A stretch of 64,000 nt of DNA from Longimicrobiales bacterium (lineage in GTDB: Bacteria; Gemmatimonadota; Gemmatimonadetes; Longimicrobiales; Gaopeijiaceae), in contig CBDCKN010000013.1 in the NCBI GenBank assembly GCA_965218295.1, forward strand, positions 128,001-192,000. Reading direction: 5' to 3'. Of this stretch, positions 19,487 to 29,012 are shown piece after piece. The position numbers and the translations under genes were made by a program. A model generated the notes under the pieces. That model searched no databases. It was not told where the DNA came from and was given only the letters and a program-made list of their open reading frames with translations. Numbering within the stretch: the first letter of the stretch is position 1; each line of letters opens with the position of its first letter.

Positions 19487-21530
19487 CCCCCCTCCGTCCC
19501 GTCGATGCGAGACGCACCGTATCTCCGGGTTCCAGTCGGGACCCGGCCTCGGGAAGCGTGAGCGTCACCGGACCCGATCCCTCCCAGCGGACACGCAGTC
19601 CCAACTCGTGCATCCGCCGGGCCGCGGCTCGGGCCGGCAAGCCCGTGACGTCCGGAACGCTGATACCGGCAGAGCCGTCAGGCATGTCGGGCCCTCGATC
19701 CGCCGCATGCCCCACTTCCGAGTCGAAGTGCACGAGCGGTGCCCGATCCTCGGCGGCCGGTAGTGACGCGAAGCGAGACGCCGTCGCGGATCCGCTCGAC
19801 GAAGCCGTCTCCGGATGAGTCCTGGACGCGCCCGGGAGGGCCTGAGCCCGTGCGACCAGAGCCAGCGCGTTGCGGTCCAGCGGTGTCTGTTGGGCCGCCA
19901 GGATGGACTCCAGCGTCGTACGCGTGACAGGAGCGGCCGTGGCTCCTCCGTAGTACGCACCTCTGGGTCGATCCAGCTTGACCAGCACCACAAGCTGTGG
20001 ATCCTCGGCCGGGAAGAACCCGGCGAACGACGAGAAGTACTCCCCCGACTGGTAGCCGCCATCCGACCACGCCCGGCTCGTGCCGCTCTTCCCGGCCACC
20101 GCGAACGTGCTGAGCCTGGCGCGCGTTCCCGTGCCGTCCTCCACGACGTTCACGAGTACGTCCGCGATCTGCCGGGCCACCGACGGCGACACGACCTGCC
20201 GCACCATCCGTGGCTGAAAGCGATCGACGGTCCGGCCCTGGGCGTCGCGAACCTCCTTCACGAGCCGGGGCTGCATGAGGCGGCCGCCGTTGGCCAGGGC
20301 ACCGTACGCCATGGCCATCTGGAGGGGCGTCACCGACACCTCGTAACCGATGGCGAGGGAGACGGGGGACTGGCGGCTCCACCGCTCAGGGCGCCGGAGA
20401 GTGCCCTTGCCCTCGCTCGGCAGCCCGACTCCCGTGGGCGCCCCGAGCCCGAAGTCCCTCAGAGTCTGGTACTGGATGGCCGGAGTCATGACCTGGGCGG
20501 TCTTCGCCACGCCGACGTTGGAAGAGATCTCGAGCGCATGGGCTAGGGTCATCACACCGCCCTCGGGGTGGACGTCGCTCACCGTTCGACCTTCCACGGT
20601 CCAATGACCGGTCCCCGTATCGACGCTGTCCTCGAGAGTGGCGAGTCCGTACTCCAGGAGGCCGGCAACCGTGAAGGGCTTGAGGGTCGAACCGGGCTCG
20701 TACGGAGTGTTGATGGCGGACAGCGCGTTCGTGGACCCGTCCCGTATGGAGACCATGGCCAGGATGTCCCCGGTGCGTGGGTCGGTGATCACCAGGTCGC
20801 CGCCCCAGGCTTCCGTCTCCTTAACCGCCTCCACGAGGGCCTGGCGGCCGATCTCCTGCAGATCCACGTCGAGGGTGAGGACGACCTGGCCCCCCTCTTC
20901 AGGCTCCTTGACCAGAACGCTCTCGCCGGGAATGGGATGGCCCAGAGGATCACGCGCCAGGACGGCCCTCCCCTCGCTGCCCCTAAGGGCCTCGTCGAAG
21001 GCCTGCTCCACCCCCCCGTACGCCTCGCCGTCCCGAACCACGCCCAGGAGCCCGCGCGCCAATCCTCCGCGGGGGTAGAAGCGACGATACTTACGTTCCA
21101 GGTACAGGCCGCGAACGTTCGTCAGGGCCTCACGCACCGAGGGAGGATAGGAATTCGGCAGGACCCGCCACGGCCTCGACGAGGTCGTGGCGTCTCGCAC
21201 TAGGTCCCGGCCGAGCCCCAACGTCTCGGTCAGGAGCCGTGTGACGGCCTCCACGTCCCGAATCTCCCGCGGCGCCACGCTCACCCTGAAGGTCTCCCGG
21301 CTCATGGCGAGCTCGACCCCCGAGCGGTCGAGGACGGACCCTCGCGGGGCCGCCACCTCGACGCTGGTCCGGTGCTGCTGCTCGGCCTGCTGCCTCCAGA
21401 TCGCTCCCTGGGCAACCTGGATCTGCGAGGCCCGACCGACGACAACACTCCCGGAAAGGAGCCAAACGGTGAGGAGAACGCGTCGCCGGAACGTCACCTT
21501 GGAGCCGGCCTGCTTGCGCCGCCGCCTCAT
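19479..21530 (-). CDS. ftsI: Class B penicillin-binding protein FtsI/PBP3 with C-terminal PASTA domain
   Basis: RGSVLDR, EPGSTLK (SxxK), SSNVG (SxN), AGKSGT (KS/TG), VPDVTG PASTA. Start ATG 21530. Confidence 0.95.
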   Translation of the reverse strand: MRRRRKQAGSKVTFRRRVLLTVWLLSGSVVVGRASQIQVAQGAIWRQQAEQQHRTSVEVAAPRGSVLDRSGVELAMSRETFRVSVAPREIRDVEAVTRLLTETLGLGRDLVRDATTSSRPWRVLPNSYPPSVREALTNVRGLYLERKYRRFYPRGGLARGLLGVVRDGEAYGGVEQAFDEALRGSEGRAVLARDPLGHPIPGESVLVKEPEEGGQVVLTLDVDLQEIGRQALVEAVKETEAWGGDLVITDPRTGDILAMVSIRDGSTNALSAINTPYEPGSTLKPFTVAGLLEYGLATLEDSVDTGTGHWTVEGRTVSDVHPEGGVMTLAHALEISSNVGVAKTAQVMTPAIQYQTLRDFGLGAPTGVGLPSEGKGTLRRPERWSRQSPVSLAIGYEVSVTPLQMAMAYGALANGGRLMQPRLVKEVRDAQGRTVDRFQPRMVRQVVSPSVARQIADVLVNVVEDGTGTRARLSTFAVAGKSGTSRAWSDGGYQSGEYFSSFAGFFPAEDPQLVVLVKLDRPRGAYYGGATAAPVTRTTLESILAAQQTPLDRNALALVARAQALPGASRTHPETASSSGSATASRFASLPAAEDRAPLVHFDSEVGHAADRGPDMPDGSAGISVPDVTGLPARAAARRMHELGLRVRWEGSGPVTLTLPEAGSRLEPGDTVRLASTGRRGDG

Positions 21531-21829
21531 GGGGCTCCTCCGGTGAGCAGGACCATCTCCGACGCCTCGGGCTGGTGCATGCCGAGGCGCTCCACTGCCA
21601 CGGTCGAGATCCGTGTCCTGCTCTCGAGATGCTGGATCCGGCGCTCCATCTCCGTCTGCTCTGCCGCTGCGAGAGACAGCTCGCGTCGCACCTCGTCCAG
21701 GGCCGCCAGGGCCTCGAAGGCCCTGCTCTGGCGCCACGTCACCAAGCTCAAGGAAGCCAGCAGGCCGGCGAATCCGAGGGCTAGGAGGCTGGGCACGCCC
21801 CAGGTGCGCTGTCGCTGTCGCCGCCTCAC
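21527..21829 (-). CDS. ftsL: Cell division protein FtsL
   Basis: 100 aa with a basic N-terminus, one TM and a coiled coil ending LESRTRI..AVERLGM; between rsmH and ftsI. Confidence 0.85.
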   Translation of the reverse strand: MRRRQRQRTWGVPSLLALGFAGLLASLSLVTWRQSRAFEALAALDEVRRELSLAAAEQTEMERRIQHLESRTRISTVAVERLGMHQPEASEMVLLTGGAP

Positions 21830-22800
21830 GATCTCCTCCAGGCCCTAAGGCGGGCGCTGCGGGCTCGTGGATTGCGGGCCACCTCGATCTCGCTCGAACT
21901 GAGCGGAGCGCGCGTCAACGTGCTTCCGAGGGGCTCACCACGGCACGTGCAGACCGGGAAACCCGGAGGGCACACACACGAGCGGCTCCACTCCCGAAAC
22001 GCGTTCTTCACCAGCCGATCCTCCAGCGAGTGATACGAGATCACGACGAGGGTAGCCTCAGGGCTCAGCGCCTCCCGGATTCTTGTAAGGCCGTGCTCCA
22101 GGGCCTCCAGCTCGCTGTTCACCGCTATTCTCAATGCCTGGAAGATCCTTGCCTTCTCCTTCGCCTTGGGCGTGCGGCCCAGCGCTCTGGAGTAGGCAGC
22201 CACGAGGTCGTCGCTAGTCCGGAAGGGCGCATCGTCCCTGCGGCCCAAAACCTCCCGCGCCAGCCGGCGTGCTCGGGGCTCTTCTCCGTACTCATGGAAG
22301 ATTCGGGCCAGATCGCCCTCGCTGGCCTCGTTCAGGATCTGGGCGGCAGTCGGGACCTCCTCTTCCCCACCCGCCATGCGCATGTCGAGGTCGACGTCCC
22401 GACGGAAGGCGAAGCCCCTTTCGTCGGCATCGAGCTGGTGGGAGCTCACACCCAGGTCGAGGAGCGCCCCGGCTAGCGGCTCGACCACACCCGCATGGTC
22501 GAGCGCTTCATCGAAGCGCGCCTGCAGGAATCGGACTCGTCCGCCGAACGGGGCCAGAGCGGCCTCTGCGGCAGCCAGCGCTTCGGGGTCACGGTCCACG
22601 GCGATGACCCGGCACTCTGCGCACGTCTCGAGCAGCAGACGGGAATGCCCACCCCCGCCCACGGTGCCGTCCAGGTAGAGACCGGACCCGGACGGCCCCA
22701 TCAGCTCCATCACCTCGGTAGCCATGACCGGCTCGTGATATCGCACTCGATGCTCCGCCCGTTCGGTTACCGTCTCAGCGGCTCGCATGATGAGAGCCAC
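21826..22800 (-). CDS. rsmH: 16S rRNA m4C1402 methyltransferase
   Basis: HEPVM, DGTVGGGGHS, DLGVSSHQLD, LDMRM, FQALRIAVN, ISYHSLEDR, NPRARSARLR. Confidence 0.97.
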   Translation of the reverse strand: MALIMRAAETVTERAEHRVRYHEPVMATEVMELMGPSGSGLYLDGTVGGGGHSRLLLETCAECRVIAVDRDPEALAAAEAALAPFGGRVRFLQARFDEALDHAGVVEPLAGALLDLGVSSHQLDADERGFAFRRDVDLDMRMAGGEEEVPTAAQILNEASEGDLARIFHEYGEEPRARRLAREVLGRRDDAPFRTSDDLVAAYSRALGRTPKAKEKARIFQALRIAVNSELEALEHGLTRIREALSPEATLVVISYHSLEDRLVKNAFREWSRSCVCPPGFPVCTCRGEPLGSTLTRAPLSSSEIEVARNPRARSARLRAWRRS

Positions 22801-22803
22801 GGG

Positions 22804-23244
22804 TCACCCGAAGATCTGGTTGGAGAACTTCTCGAACTCTCCGGTCCCCGTCCGGACCGCCTCATCGAAGCGGGCCGGATTCCAGAGCTCCACGCGGTCG
22901 ATGTTACCGACGAGCAAGACCCGTCCATCCAGGCTCGCCGCCTCCTGCAACCACGCCGGAACGAGGATGCGTCCTTGCTTGTCCGGGGCGACCTCAACAG
23001 CGCTGGCCGCGATGGCGAGCACGTCTCCCCAGGCCTCCGGCTGGTTCCGGCGGAATGTGAGCAGGCGCTCCTGGGTCTGGGCCCAGGTGCGCCGGGGAAA
23101 GAGCGTGAGGGCAGGCGGTTTCCACTGGAGCAGCACGAAGCGGTCGCCCTTGGCCTCCCGGCGAAACGCCGAGGGCAAGCTGACCCGCCCCTTCTGGTCC
23201 AGTTGGTACTCGTATCTGCCCAGAAAACTCGTCACACGCGGCAC
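22804..23244 (-). CDS. mraZ: Division/cell wall cluster transcriptional repressor MraZ
   Basis: Two DxxGR motifs (LDQKGRVSLP, DKQGRILVP); first gene of the dcw cluster. Confidence 0.95.
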   Translation of the reverse strand: MPRVTSFLGRYEYQLDQKGRVSLPSAFRREAKGDRFVLLQWKPPALTLFPRRTWAQTQERLLTFRRNQPEAWGDVLAIAASAVEVAPDKQGRILVPAWLQEAASLDGRVLLVGNIDRVELWNPARFDEAVRTGTGEFEKFSNQIFG

Positions 23245-23247
23245 TCT

Positions 23248-23281
23248 GTGGGTAAGTGTGGTGAAAAGTGGTAAGCACTGG
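23248..23281 (+). promoter_or_regulatory. Putative MraZ operator: GTGG boxes at 10-bp periodicity
   Basis: GTGG at 23248, 23258 and 23268 plus CTGG at 23278, lying between the -10 box and the mraZ start. Confidence 0.75.
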
Positions 23282-23285
23282 AGCC

Positions 23286-23315
23286 ATAATACGACCGAGC
23301 TTAGAGGACAGTCAA
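23286..23315 (-). promoter_or_regulatory. Sigma70-type promoter of the dcw operon
   Basis: Minus strand TTGACT-N18-TATTAT in an AT-richer intergenic stretch. Confidence 0.7.
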
Positions 23316-23608
23316 GCTTTTTTGTGAGAGATAGTTTTCGGTTTTTCTTTGGGGTCCGGACTCAGATGGGAACCCTGTAAGAGACCACTGCTCAGATACT
23401 TAGGGCTCTGGACCTCGTCCCGGCTGGGAGGCGTATTCAGGAAGTTTTGGGAGACGTTTTTCGGTAAACTCCGCCCTCCCCACTCCTCCCCACGACTCGG
23501 CGTGTGCCCGCGGAGGAAGGGACGGCGGCAGCCAGACCGGTGGGATTCCCTGGAAGACACAGGCCCAGCCACAGGGGCCCCCAGGGGACTCCATGCCTGG
23601 CGCACACA

Positions 23609-23648
23609 GAAAAAGCGCCGCGGGGAGCGTTCCCCACGGCGCTTTTTC
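23609..23648 (-). terminator. Intrinsic terminator after the TPR gene (possibly bidirectional)
   Basis: GAAAAAGCGCCGtGGGGA-acgc-TCCCCgCGGCGCTTTTTC on the minus strand; the single non-canonical pair is a G-U wobble in that orientation. Confidence 0.85.
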
Positions 23649-23670
23649 GCGCGACTCTGAGCGGTGAAGC

Positions 23671-25419
23671 CTATCGGCCCCGCTTGATGATCGCCTCTTG
23701 GATTTCGATGTACGTACCCGCCGCATCGATGAACTGCTGATAGTTGATCGACGGAGTCCGGTCAGCGTAGCCCTTGGATCGTCGGAAGAGCGTCAGCGCC
23801 TGCTGGAACATGGGCAGTGACCGGTTGGCCGTCTCCAGCGTCTCCGGTGATCCGACCGCCATCCCCCGGTTGTAGAGGCTGTAGGCGTGCCAGAAGTCGA
23901 ACTGCTCACGGATCTGAGTCGTGACCTCGAACTCCTTGGCCTGGCGGATCAGCTCGATGAAGCGAGCGTAGTTCTTCCGGGTAGGCTGGATGTTGGTCGA
24001 GTAGGCGTGGCTGAATATCATGTTCGCCGCTTGATCCGCAGCCGAGCCATTCGTAACCGCCTGCCGCAGCACCGGCAGCGCGTCCTCGATGCGCCCGGCA
24101 TCGATCAGCCAGTTCCCCATCCGCAGGTGCAGGTTCGGCCAGTCGGGGTCGATGCCCTCGATGGTGGCAAGCGCCTCTACGGCCTCGTCGATCTCACCGT
24201 TCTCCTTCAGGGCCTCCGCATAGATGGCCCAGAGCGTCGACTCTTCGGCGTGCGACTGCAGTGCACGGCTGGAGAACTCGGCCGACGCCGCAGCGTCGCC
24301 CAGTTGGAGATGGGCCGCGGCCACATTGCGCAGCTGGGTGACCAGGGTCTCCTCACCCTTGGCCTCGAAGACCTTTTCGTACGCCCCGATGGCCTTCCGG
24401 TAGAGGTCGGCCACCTCCTGGGTCATGCCGTCTCCACCGTCGAGCTGTGCTTCCCTGCGGACCTGCTCGGCGCCGGCGAAGGCGAAGTTCCCGACCTGCT
24501 CGTAGTAGTCGATGTTGTCCGGGTCGGCCGCGATGCCCTCGTCGATGAGCTCTATGCCTCCGAGGGGGTCACCCTCTTGGGCCAGGTCATAGGCGACCTT
24601 CATGCGCACCGAGGCGTTGGTCGGGTCGAGCTGCAGGTACTGGCGGTAGTAGCCGCGAGCCAACTGCTCGTCGCCGAGGTTGATGGCCAGGAAGCCACCC
24701 AGGAGAAGCGCGTTCTCATGCAAGGGATCCTGCTCCAACAGACGCTTGATTTCTTCCAGCGACTCCTCGAAGCGATCCGTCCGGCGAAGCACGTTGGCAC
24801 GCGTATAGCGAACCGAGTTCGCGCTGGGGTTCAGCTCAAGCGCCCGATCGCAGTTCTCGAGAGAGCTGTTCCACTGCTGGCTCTGGGCGTAGTCGACGCA
24901 GAACACAGCGACGCGAGTCTGCTCGACGAACAGCTTGAACCGATCGACGATCTGTGCGGCCGCCTGTTCTTCCTGCTTGTCGGCTGACATAACTGGGTCG
25001 ACGTGGAACTCCTCTCCGGTGCTGGTACCCACGAACTTGATGTTCTGGATATCCCACCGCTGCTTGGTCCCGCTGTATTCAGCACACAGCACCACCTCGT
25101 AGTTGGTCTGCTGCGCGAGCTGACGGGCCCGGACGCAGTCGAGGTCTTCCATCTTCAAGTGGAACCGCCTGAGGGCGTTCTTGATGTCCTTCTCGCTCAC
25201 GGCGGTGTGCGTATTCAAATCGCTGATCTGGTCTCTGAGCTTGTCGGCCAGCTTCTCACCGAAGCCTTTGTTCTCCCCGTTCATGGGGCGGAAGTCAGGA
25301 ATGAGAACCCGAAAGCGGCTGCTCACAGTCTGCTGGGCCTCAATGGCCGTGCTACCCGTCACGGGCAACGCTAATAGCACGGCGGCAACAACACCCAGAC
25401 GGCGGCGTCCAGTCATCAT
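23671..25419 (-). CDS. Exported tetratricopeptide-repeat protein
   Basis: Signal peptide (MMTGRRRLGVVAAVLLALP), multiple TPR-like units (ALELNP, LLEQDP, YLQLDP, IAADP, EGIDP). Confidence 0.85.
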   Translation of the reverse strand: MMTGRRRLGVVAAVLLALPVTGSTAIEAQQTVSSRFRVLIPDFRPMNGENKGFGEKLADKLRDQISDLNTHTAVSEKDIKNALRRFHLKMEDLDCVRARQLAQQTNYEVVLCAEYSGTKQRWDIQNIKFVGTSTGEEFHVDPVMSADKQEEQAAAQIVDRFKLFVEQTRVAVFCVDYAQSQQWNSSLENCDRALELNPSANSVRYTRANVLRRTDRFEESLEEIKRLLEQDPLHENALLLGGFLAINLGDEQLARGYYRQYLQLDPTNASVRMKVAYDLAQEGDPLGGIELIDEGIAADPDNIDYYEQVGNFAFAGAEQVRREAQLDGGDGMTQEVADLYRKAIGAYEKVFEAKGEETLVTQLRNVAAAHLQLGDAAASAEFSSRALQSHAEESTLWAIYAEALKENGEIDEAVEALATIEGIDPDWPNLHLRMGNWLIDAGRIEDALPVLRQAVTNGSAADQAANMIFSHAYSTNIQPTRKNYARFIELIRQAKEFEVTTQIREQFDFWHAYSLYNRGMAVGSPETLETANRSLPMFQQALTLFRRSKGYADRTPSINYQQFIDAAGTYIEIQEAIIKRGR

Positions 25420-25915
25420 TCTCACTCCTGGATGGAACCCTGAAAGCGTTGGCTCCTGCGGTCCCCCCTGGAGCACCGCAGGAGCTTTGACGAACTGATG
25501 GCCTCTTCAGGGCTGAAGGTCTGGCATAGAAAATATACGGGGCGCCGACAAGGTCAACTGCCTTCCTCACACCCCTCCTTTGGTTTCATACCGCCGCAAG
25601 GCCCGTTTTGTTACACTGCATGATTCCACGGTAGTGAGTGAATACTTCTGAGCCCGGCGGGGCGCCGCACCCGCGCAGCTCCCATCCTCGTCAACTCTCC
25701 CAGACCCCGACGCGCGGACCGTCCTCGGGGAAGGGGTCGTCCCACGCCTCGATCGCCGAGCGAATGGCGTCTTCGGTGACGGTCGGGACGCCATATTCTC
25801 CCGGACCCGGCCCGGGAACGCAAAGGCGTTCACCCCGCACCCGCCTCGAGGCGGCCCCAGTGAGAGGAGCTCGCCGTGAAGGCGTGGCGTCGTACGACTG
25901 GATCTCAATGGCGCA

Positions 25916-26839
25916 TTGGGCTTAGTCTTCGAGAAGGGGGCGAGGCCACTCCACCGTTCGTCAGGAGCCCACACGTTGAATCCGCACCACTCATCGGCCT
26001 GCCTCGTGACTTCCGCCGGCCTCCGCACCATGGTCTTGCTCCCAGTGGTCGTGGCCAGCGCTTGCGTCGCCAGAGTAGGTCCGCCCTCGGCGGTCGTGGT
26101 CGCTCCGGAGTCCGTGTGGCACCGTCTGAACCGGCCGCGGCCCCAGCCCCTGGGCGACGCCCCCCGGATATCCGTGGCCGAGCTGGTCTTTCTTGGAAGC
26201 GCTTGGCCCGGCGAGTCTGCGGTGTCGCCGTTCATCGGGCTTCAAGAGCTGGTGGCCGCGGGGCTGATTCGCCGCCGTGACGTACAGTTCATGGAGCGGA
26301 GACGCTTCGCGGCCGCCGTGGAGCGAGAAGCCCAGGGCCGGCCCCGACTGCGGAACTCGCCGCCCACCGGAGTCTCCCTCGGGGCCGAGCTTCAGCTCGC
26401 GGGAAGCTGGATCCCCACCGGCGATTCGGCCACGCTGAACCTGAGGCTGGTCGATGTAGAGACCAGCGCGGTGGTGGCGGGTTGGAGGACCACGACCCCA
26501 CAGAGGATCGATCCAACGAGTGTGGCCCGGACCATCGTCGGGTCCACGGTCTCCGCCCTTCGGGGCCTGGGCCGTGTACCGGTGTGGAGTGATCCGCTGA
26601 TGAGCGATGCCGTCGATCCCGCTCCTACCACCTTCACCCCCTCCGGAGTGCCGGCGGAAGCCGTGACCGCCTTCTTCCGGGGCGTCGAAGCCGAAGACCG
26701 GTTCGACTGGGAGGAAGCACGCCGTGGCTACCAGGAGGCCATGGAGATCGCGGCCTCCGGTTTCTTCGAGCCCGACGTGGCTTTGGCACGGGTGGCCCGA
26801 CTGCGGGCCGGAGGGACGCTGGGCGCCAGCGACGATTGA
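25916..26839 (+). CDS. CsgG/HfaB-like domain protein with C-terminal TPR-like helices; start uncertain (ATG 26030 possible)
   Basis: LAGSW..LNLRLVDVETSAVV strand pattern, possible lipobox (ASAC), C-terminal AFFRGVEAEDRFDWEEARRGYQEA. Confidence 0.55.
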   Translation: MGLVFEKGARPLHRSSGAHTLNPHHSSACLVTSAGLRTMVLLPVVVASACVARVGPPSAVVVAPESVWHRLNRPRPQPLGDAPRISVAELVFLGSAWPGESAVSPFIGLQELVAAGLIRRRDVQFMERRRFAAAVEREAQGRPRLRNSPPTGVSLGAELQLAGSWIPTGDSATLNLRLVDVETSAVVAGWRTTTPQRIDPTSVARTIVGSTVSALRGLGRVPVWSDPLMSDAVDPAPTTFTPSGVPAEAVTAFFRGVEAEDRFDWEEARRGYQEAMEIAASGFFEPDVALARVARLRAGGTLGASDD

Positions 26840-26924
26840 GGGTGGCCGGGAAGCTCTCGTGGCCACGCCCGAACCCAGACGGTACCTTCTTCGACCGTAA
26901 CTCTCACCGAAGCCGTTGGAGTCG

Positions 26925-29012
26925 ATGCCGAACGGAGACCTCCTTCACGTCCTGCTGGTCGAGGACAATCCCGGTGAGCGGTGGTTGTTCTCTGAGATCC
27001 TCCGCTCCCGCGGGCATATCGTCACGGCATGCGAGGACGGGGAGGCGGCGTGGGATGCGTTCCAGGAACAGTTCGCTCATCTGTTGCTGCTGGACCTCGT
27101 CCTCCCCGGCATCGACGGGCTGGAGCTCACCCGGCGCATACGCAACAGCCCGGGAGGAGACCAACCGGTCATCCTCGTAGTGACAGGAAAGAATGAGCCC
27201 GACGTCCTCGAGTCGGTACTGGAGGCCGGTGCCAACGACTACGTGGCTAAGCCCGTGGACATCGCCCTGCTCAACATCCGCCTGGCCGTGGCGGAGCGCG
27301 AGGTCCGGACGCAGGCGGAGCGCAAGGCGACCCAAGCTGAGCTCCTATCCACCACCAGCGAGCTGAGCACCCTCTTCGAGAACCTGGACGAGGTCTTCTT
27401 CTCGGTGGACGTCCCCGAGGATCGCCTCATTCAGGTGTCACCGGCCGCTCAGGAGATCCTCGGCGTCAAGCCCGAAGAGCTCTTGGAGAACCCGGACCTG
27501 TGGCACGAGGTCCTATATCCTGCCGTACTCACAAACGCGGACTCGATCCTGGTACAGGTGGATCCGGGCGACTCCTTCACGCACAGCTACCAGACACAGA
27601 CGTCCACGGGAGAGGATCGTTGGGTCGAGGCCACTCTCAAGCCCCACCTTGCGAAGGACGGATGCCTCGGCCGCATCGACGGCGTCATATCGGACGTGAC
27701 GGAGCGGCATCGGGCCCAGGAAGAGCTGGCCGCACAGAATGAGGAGCTCACCACCCTCTACCGCATCTCCGAGCTGTCCCTAGCGGCTGAAAGCCTCGGC
27801 CAGGCCTTGGACGACATTCTCGAGGAGGTGAGCCGGGTCACCCGCTTCCCCATCGTCGCCATCGAGCGCTACGACGCGGAGCGGGACGTCATGATCTTCA
27901 CCGCCGCCAAGGGGCTCACGCTGCCGGAGGATGGGGAACCACTCGTGATCCCCACGCACGAGACCCTGTCCGGAGTCGCCGTTCAGAAGCGTCAGCCGGT
28001 GGTGGAGCGGGATGCCCGTTCCAAGAAGCGTCATGCGGCGGACGTCTTTCACGACCTCGGCGTGCAAACGCACATGGCTTTTCCCATGGTGATCGGCGGC
28101 GACGCGGTCGGCGCCTTGACGCTGGCCCACACTGAGGTCGTGGAGCCGGATCGGTGGGTCATGCGTCTGGCGACCAGCCTGGCGCACACCATTGCGGGGC
28201 TCATGGAGCGGGTGAGGGCGGCCCAAACGGTCAGAGAGCGTGAGACGGAGTTCCGAACCCTCGCCGGACAGCTGCAGCAGGCCAACAACGAGCTCGAAGC
28301 CTTCGCGTACTCGATCTCCCACGATCTGCGCACACCCCTCCGCACCATGACCGGCTTCGCCCACGTTCTTATGAACAACTTGGGCGAGGGCGCGAACAGA
28401 GACGCGAAGCACTTCGCCGAGAGGATCATCGTGTCGGGCGCCTGGGCCGAGGACCTGATCTCCGACCTCCTGGACTACAGCCGCCTGAGCTTCGAAGCCC
28501 TGGAGCTTCAGCCCATCGACCTGAAGGAGGTCGTCAGCACCGTCATGGAGCAGGTGGGACCGGCGCTGAAGGAGGTCGAAGCGGAGATCACCATAGACGG
28601 AGACCTTCCCACGGTCATGGCCCAGAAGACCATCCTCGCACAGATCCTGGCCAACCTGGTGACCAACGCGGCCAAGTTCGTGCCCGAGGAGCGTTCCCCC
28701 GAAATTGTCATCCGATGCGATGAGCGGGAGGAGCGCGTGCGAATCTGGGTGGAAGACAACGGGATCGGTGTTCCCGAGGGTCAGGAGGACCGGATCTTCG
28801 GCGTCTTCGAGCGGCTCGACCAAACCTCGGATCGGCCCGGTACCGGAATCGGACTCGCCATCGTCCGCCGGGGCATGGAACGGATCGGCGGGGAGACAGG
28901 AGTCGAGCGACGGGCCGTGGGGAGCGCCTTCTGGGTCGACATTCCCAGGGAACTCAAGCGAAGCTGGCGGCCCTGGGTCCGACGCCAGAACCGAGCCGAC
29001 ACCGAGTCATGA
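26925..29012 (+). CDS. Cytoplasmic hybrid sensor kinase REC-PAS-GAF-HisKA-HATPase
   Basis: LLVEDN/LLDLVLPGIDG/AKP receiver, PAS (SDVTERH), GAF, SHDLRTPLR H-box, NLVTNAAKF, EDNGIG, GTGIGLAIV. Confidence 0.93.
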   Translation: MPNGDLLHVLLVEDNPGERWLFSEILRSRGHIVTACEDGEAAWDAFQEQFAHLLLLDLVLPGIDGLELTRRIRNSPGGDQPVILVVTGKNEPDVLESVLEAGANDYVAKPVDIALLNIRLAVAEREVRTQAERKATQAELLSTTSELSTLFENLDEVFFSVDVPEDRLIQVSPAAQEILGVKPEELLENPDLWHEVLYPAVLTNADSILVQVDPGDSFTHSYQTQTSTGEDRWVEATLKPHLAKDGCLGRIDGVISDVTERHRAQEELAAQNEELTTLYRISELSLAAESLGQALDDILEEVSRVTRFPIVAIERYDAERDVMIFTAAKGLTLPEDGEPLVIPTHETLSGVAVQKRQPVVERDARSKKRHAADVFHDLGVQTHMAFPMVIGGDAVGALTLAHTEVVEPDRWVMRLATSLAHTIAGLMERVRAAQTVRERETEFRTLAGQLQQANNELEAFAYSISHDLRTPLRTMTGFAHVLMNNLGEGANRDAKHFAERIIVSGAWAEDLISDLLDYSRLSFEALELQPIDLKEVVSTVMEQVGPALKEVEAEITIDGDLPTVMAQKTILAQILANLVTNAAKFVPEERSPEIVIRCDEREERVRIWVEDNGIGVPEGQEDRIFGVFERLDQTSDRPGTGIGLAIVRRGMERIGGETGVERRAVGSAFWVDIPRELKRSWRPWVRRQNRADTES

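Noticed and set aside
23316..23608. Possible RNase P RNA or other ncRNA upstream of mraZ
   Set aside because: No GAGGAAAGUCC-type signature on either strand; the region is explained by promoter, operator and terminator
25567..25915. Hairpin ATGGCGTC..GACGCCAT and ORF 25567..26235
   Set aside because: A single GC-rich hairpin without a second copy or recognisable motif; the ORF has no protein-like features
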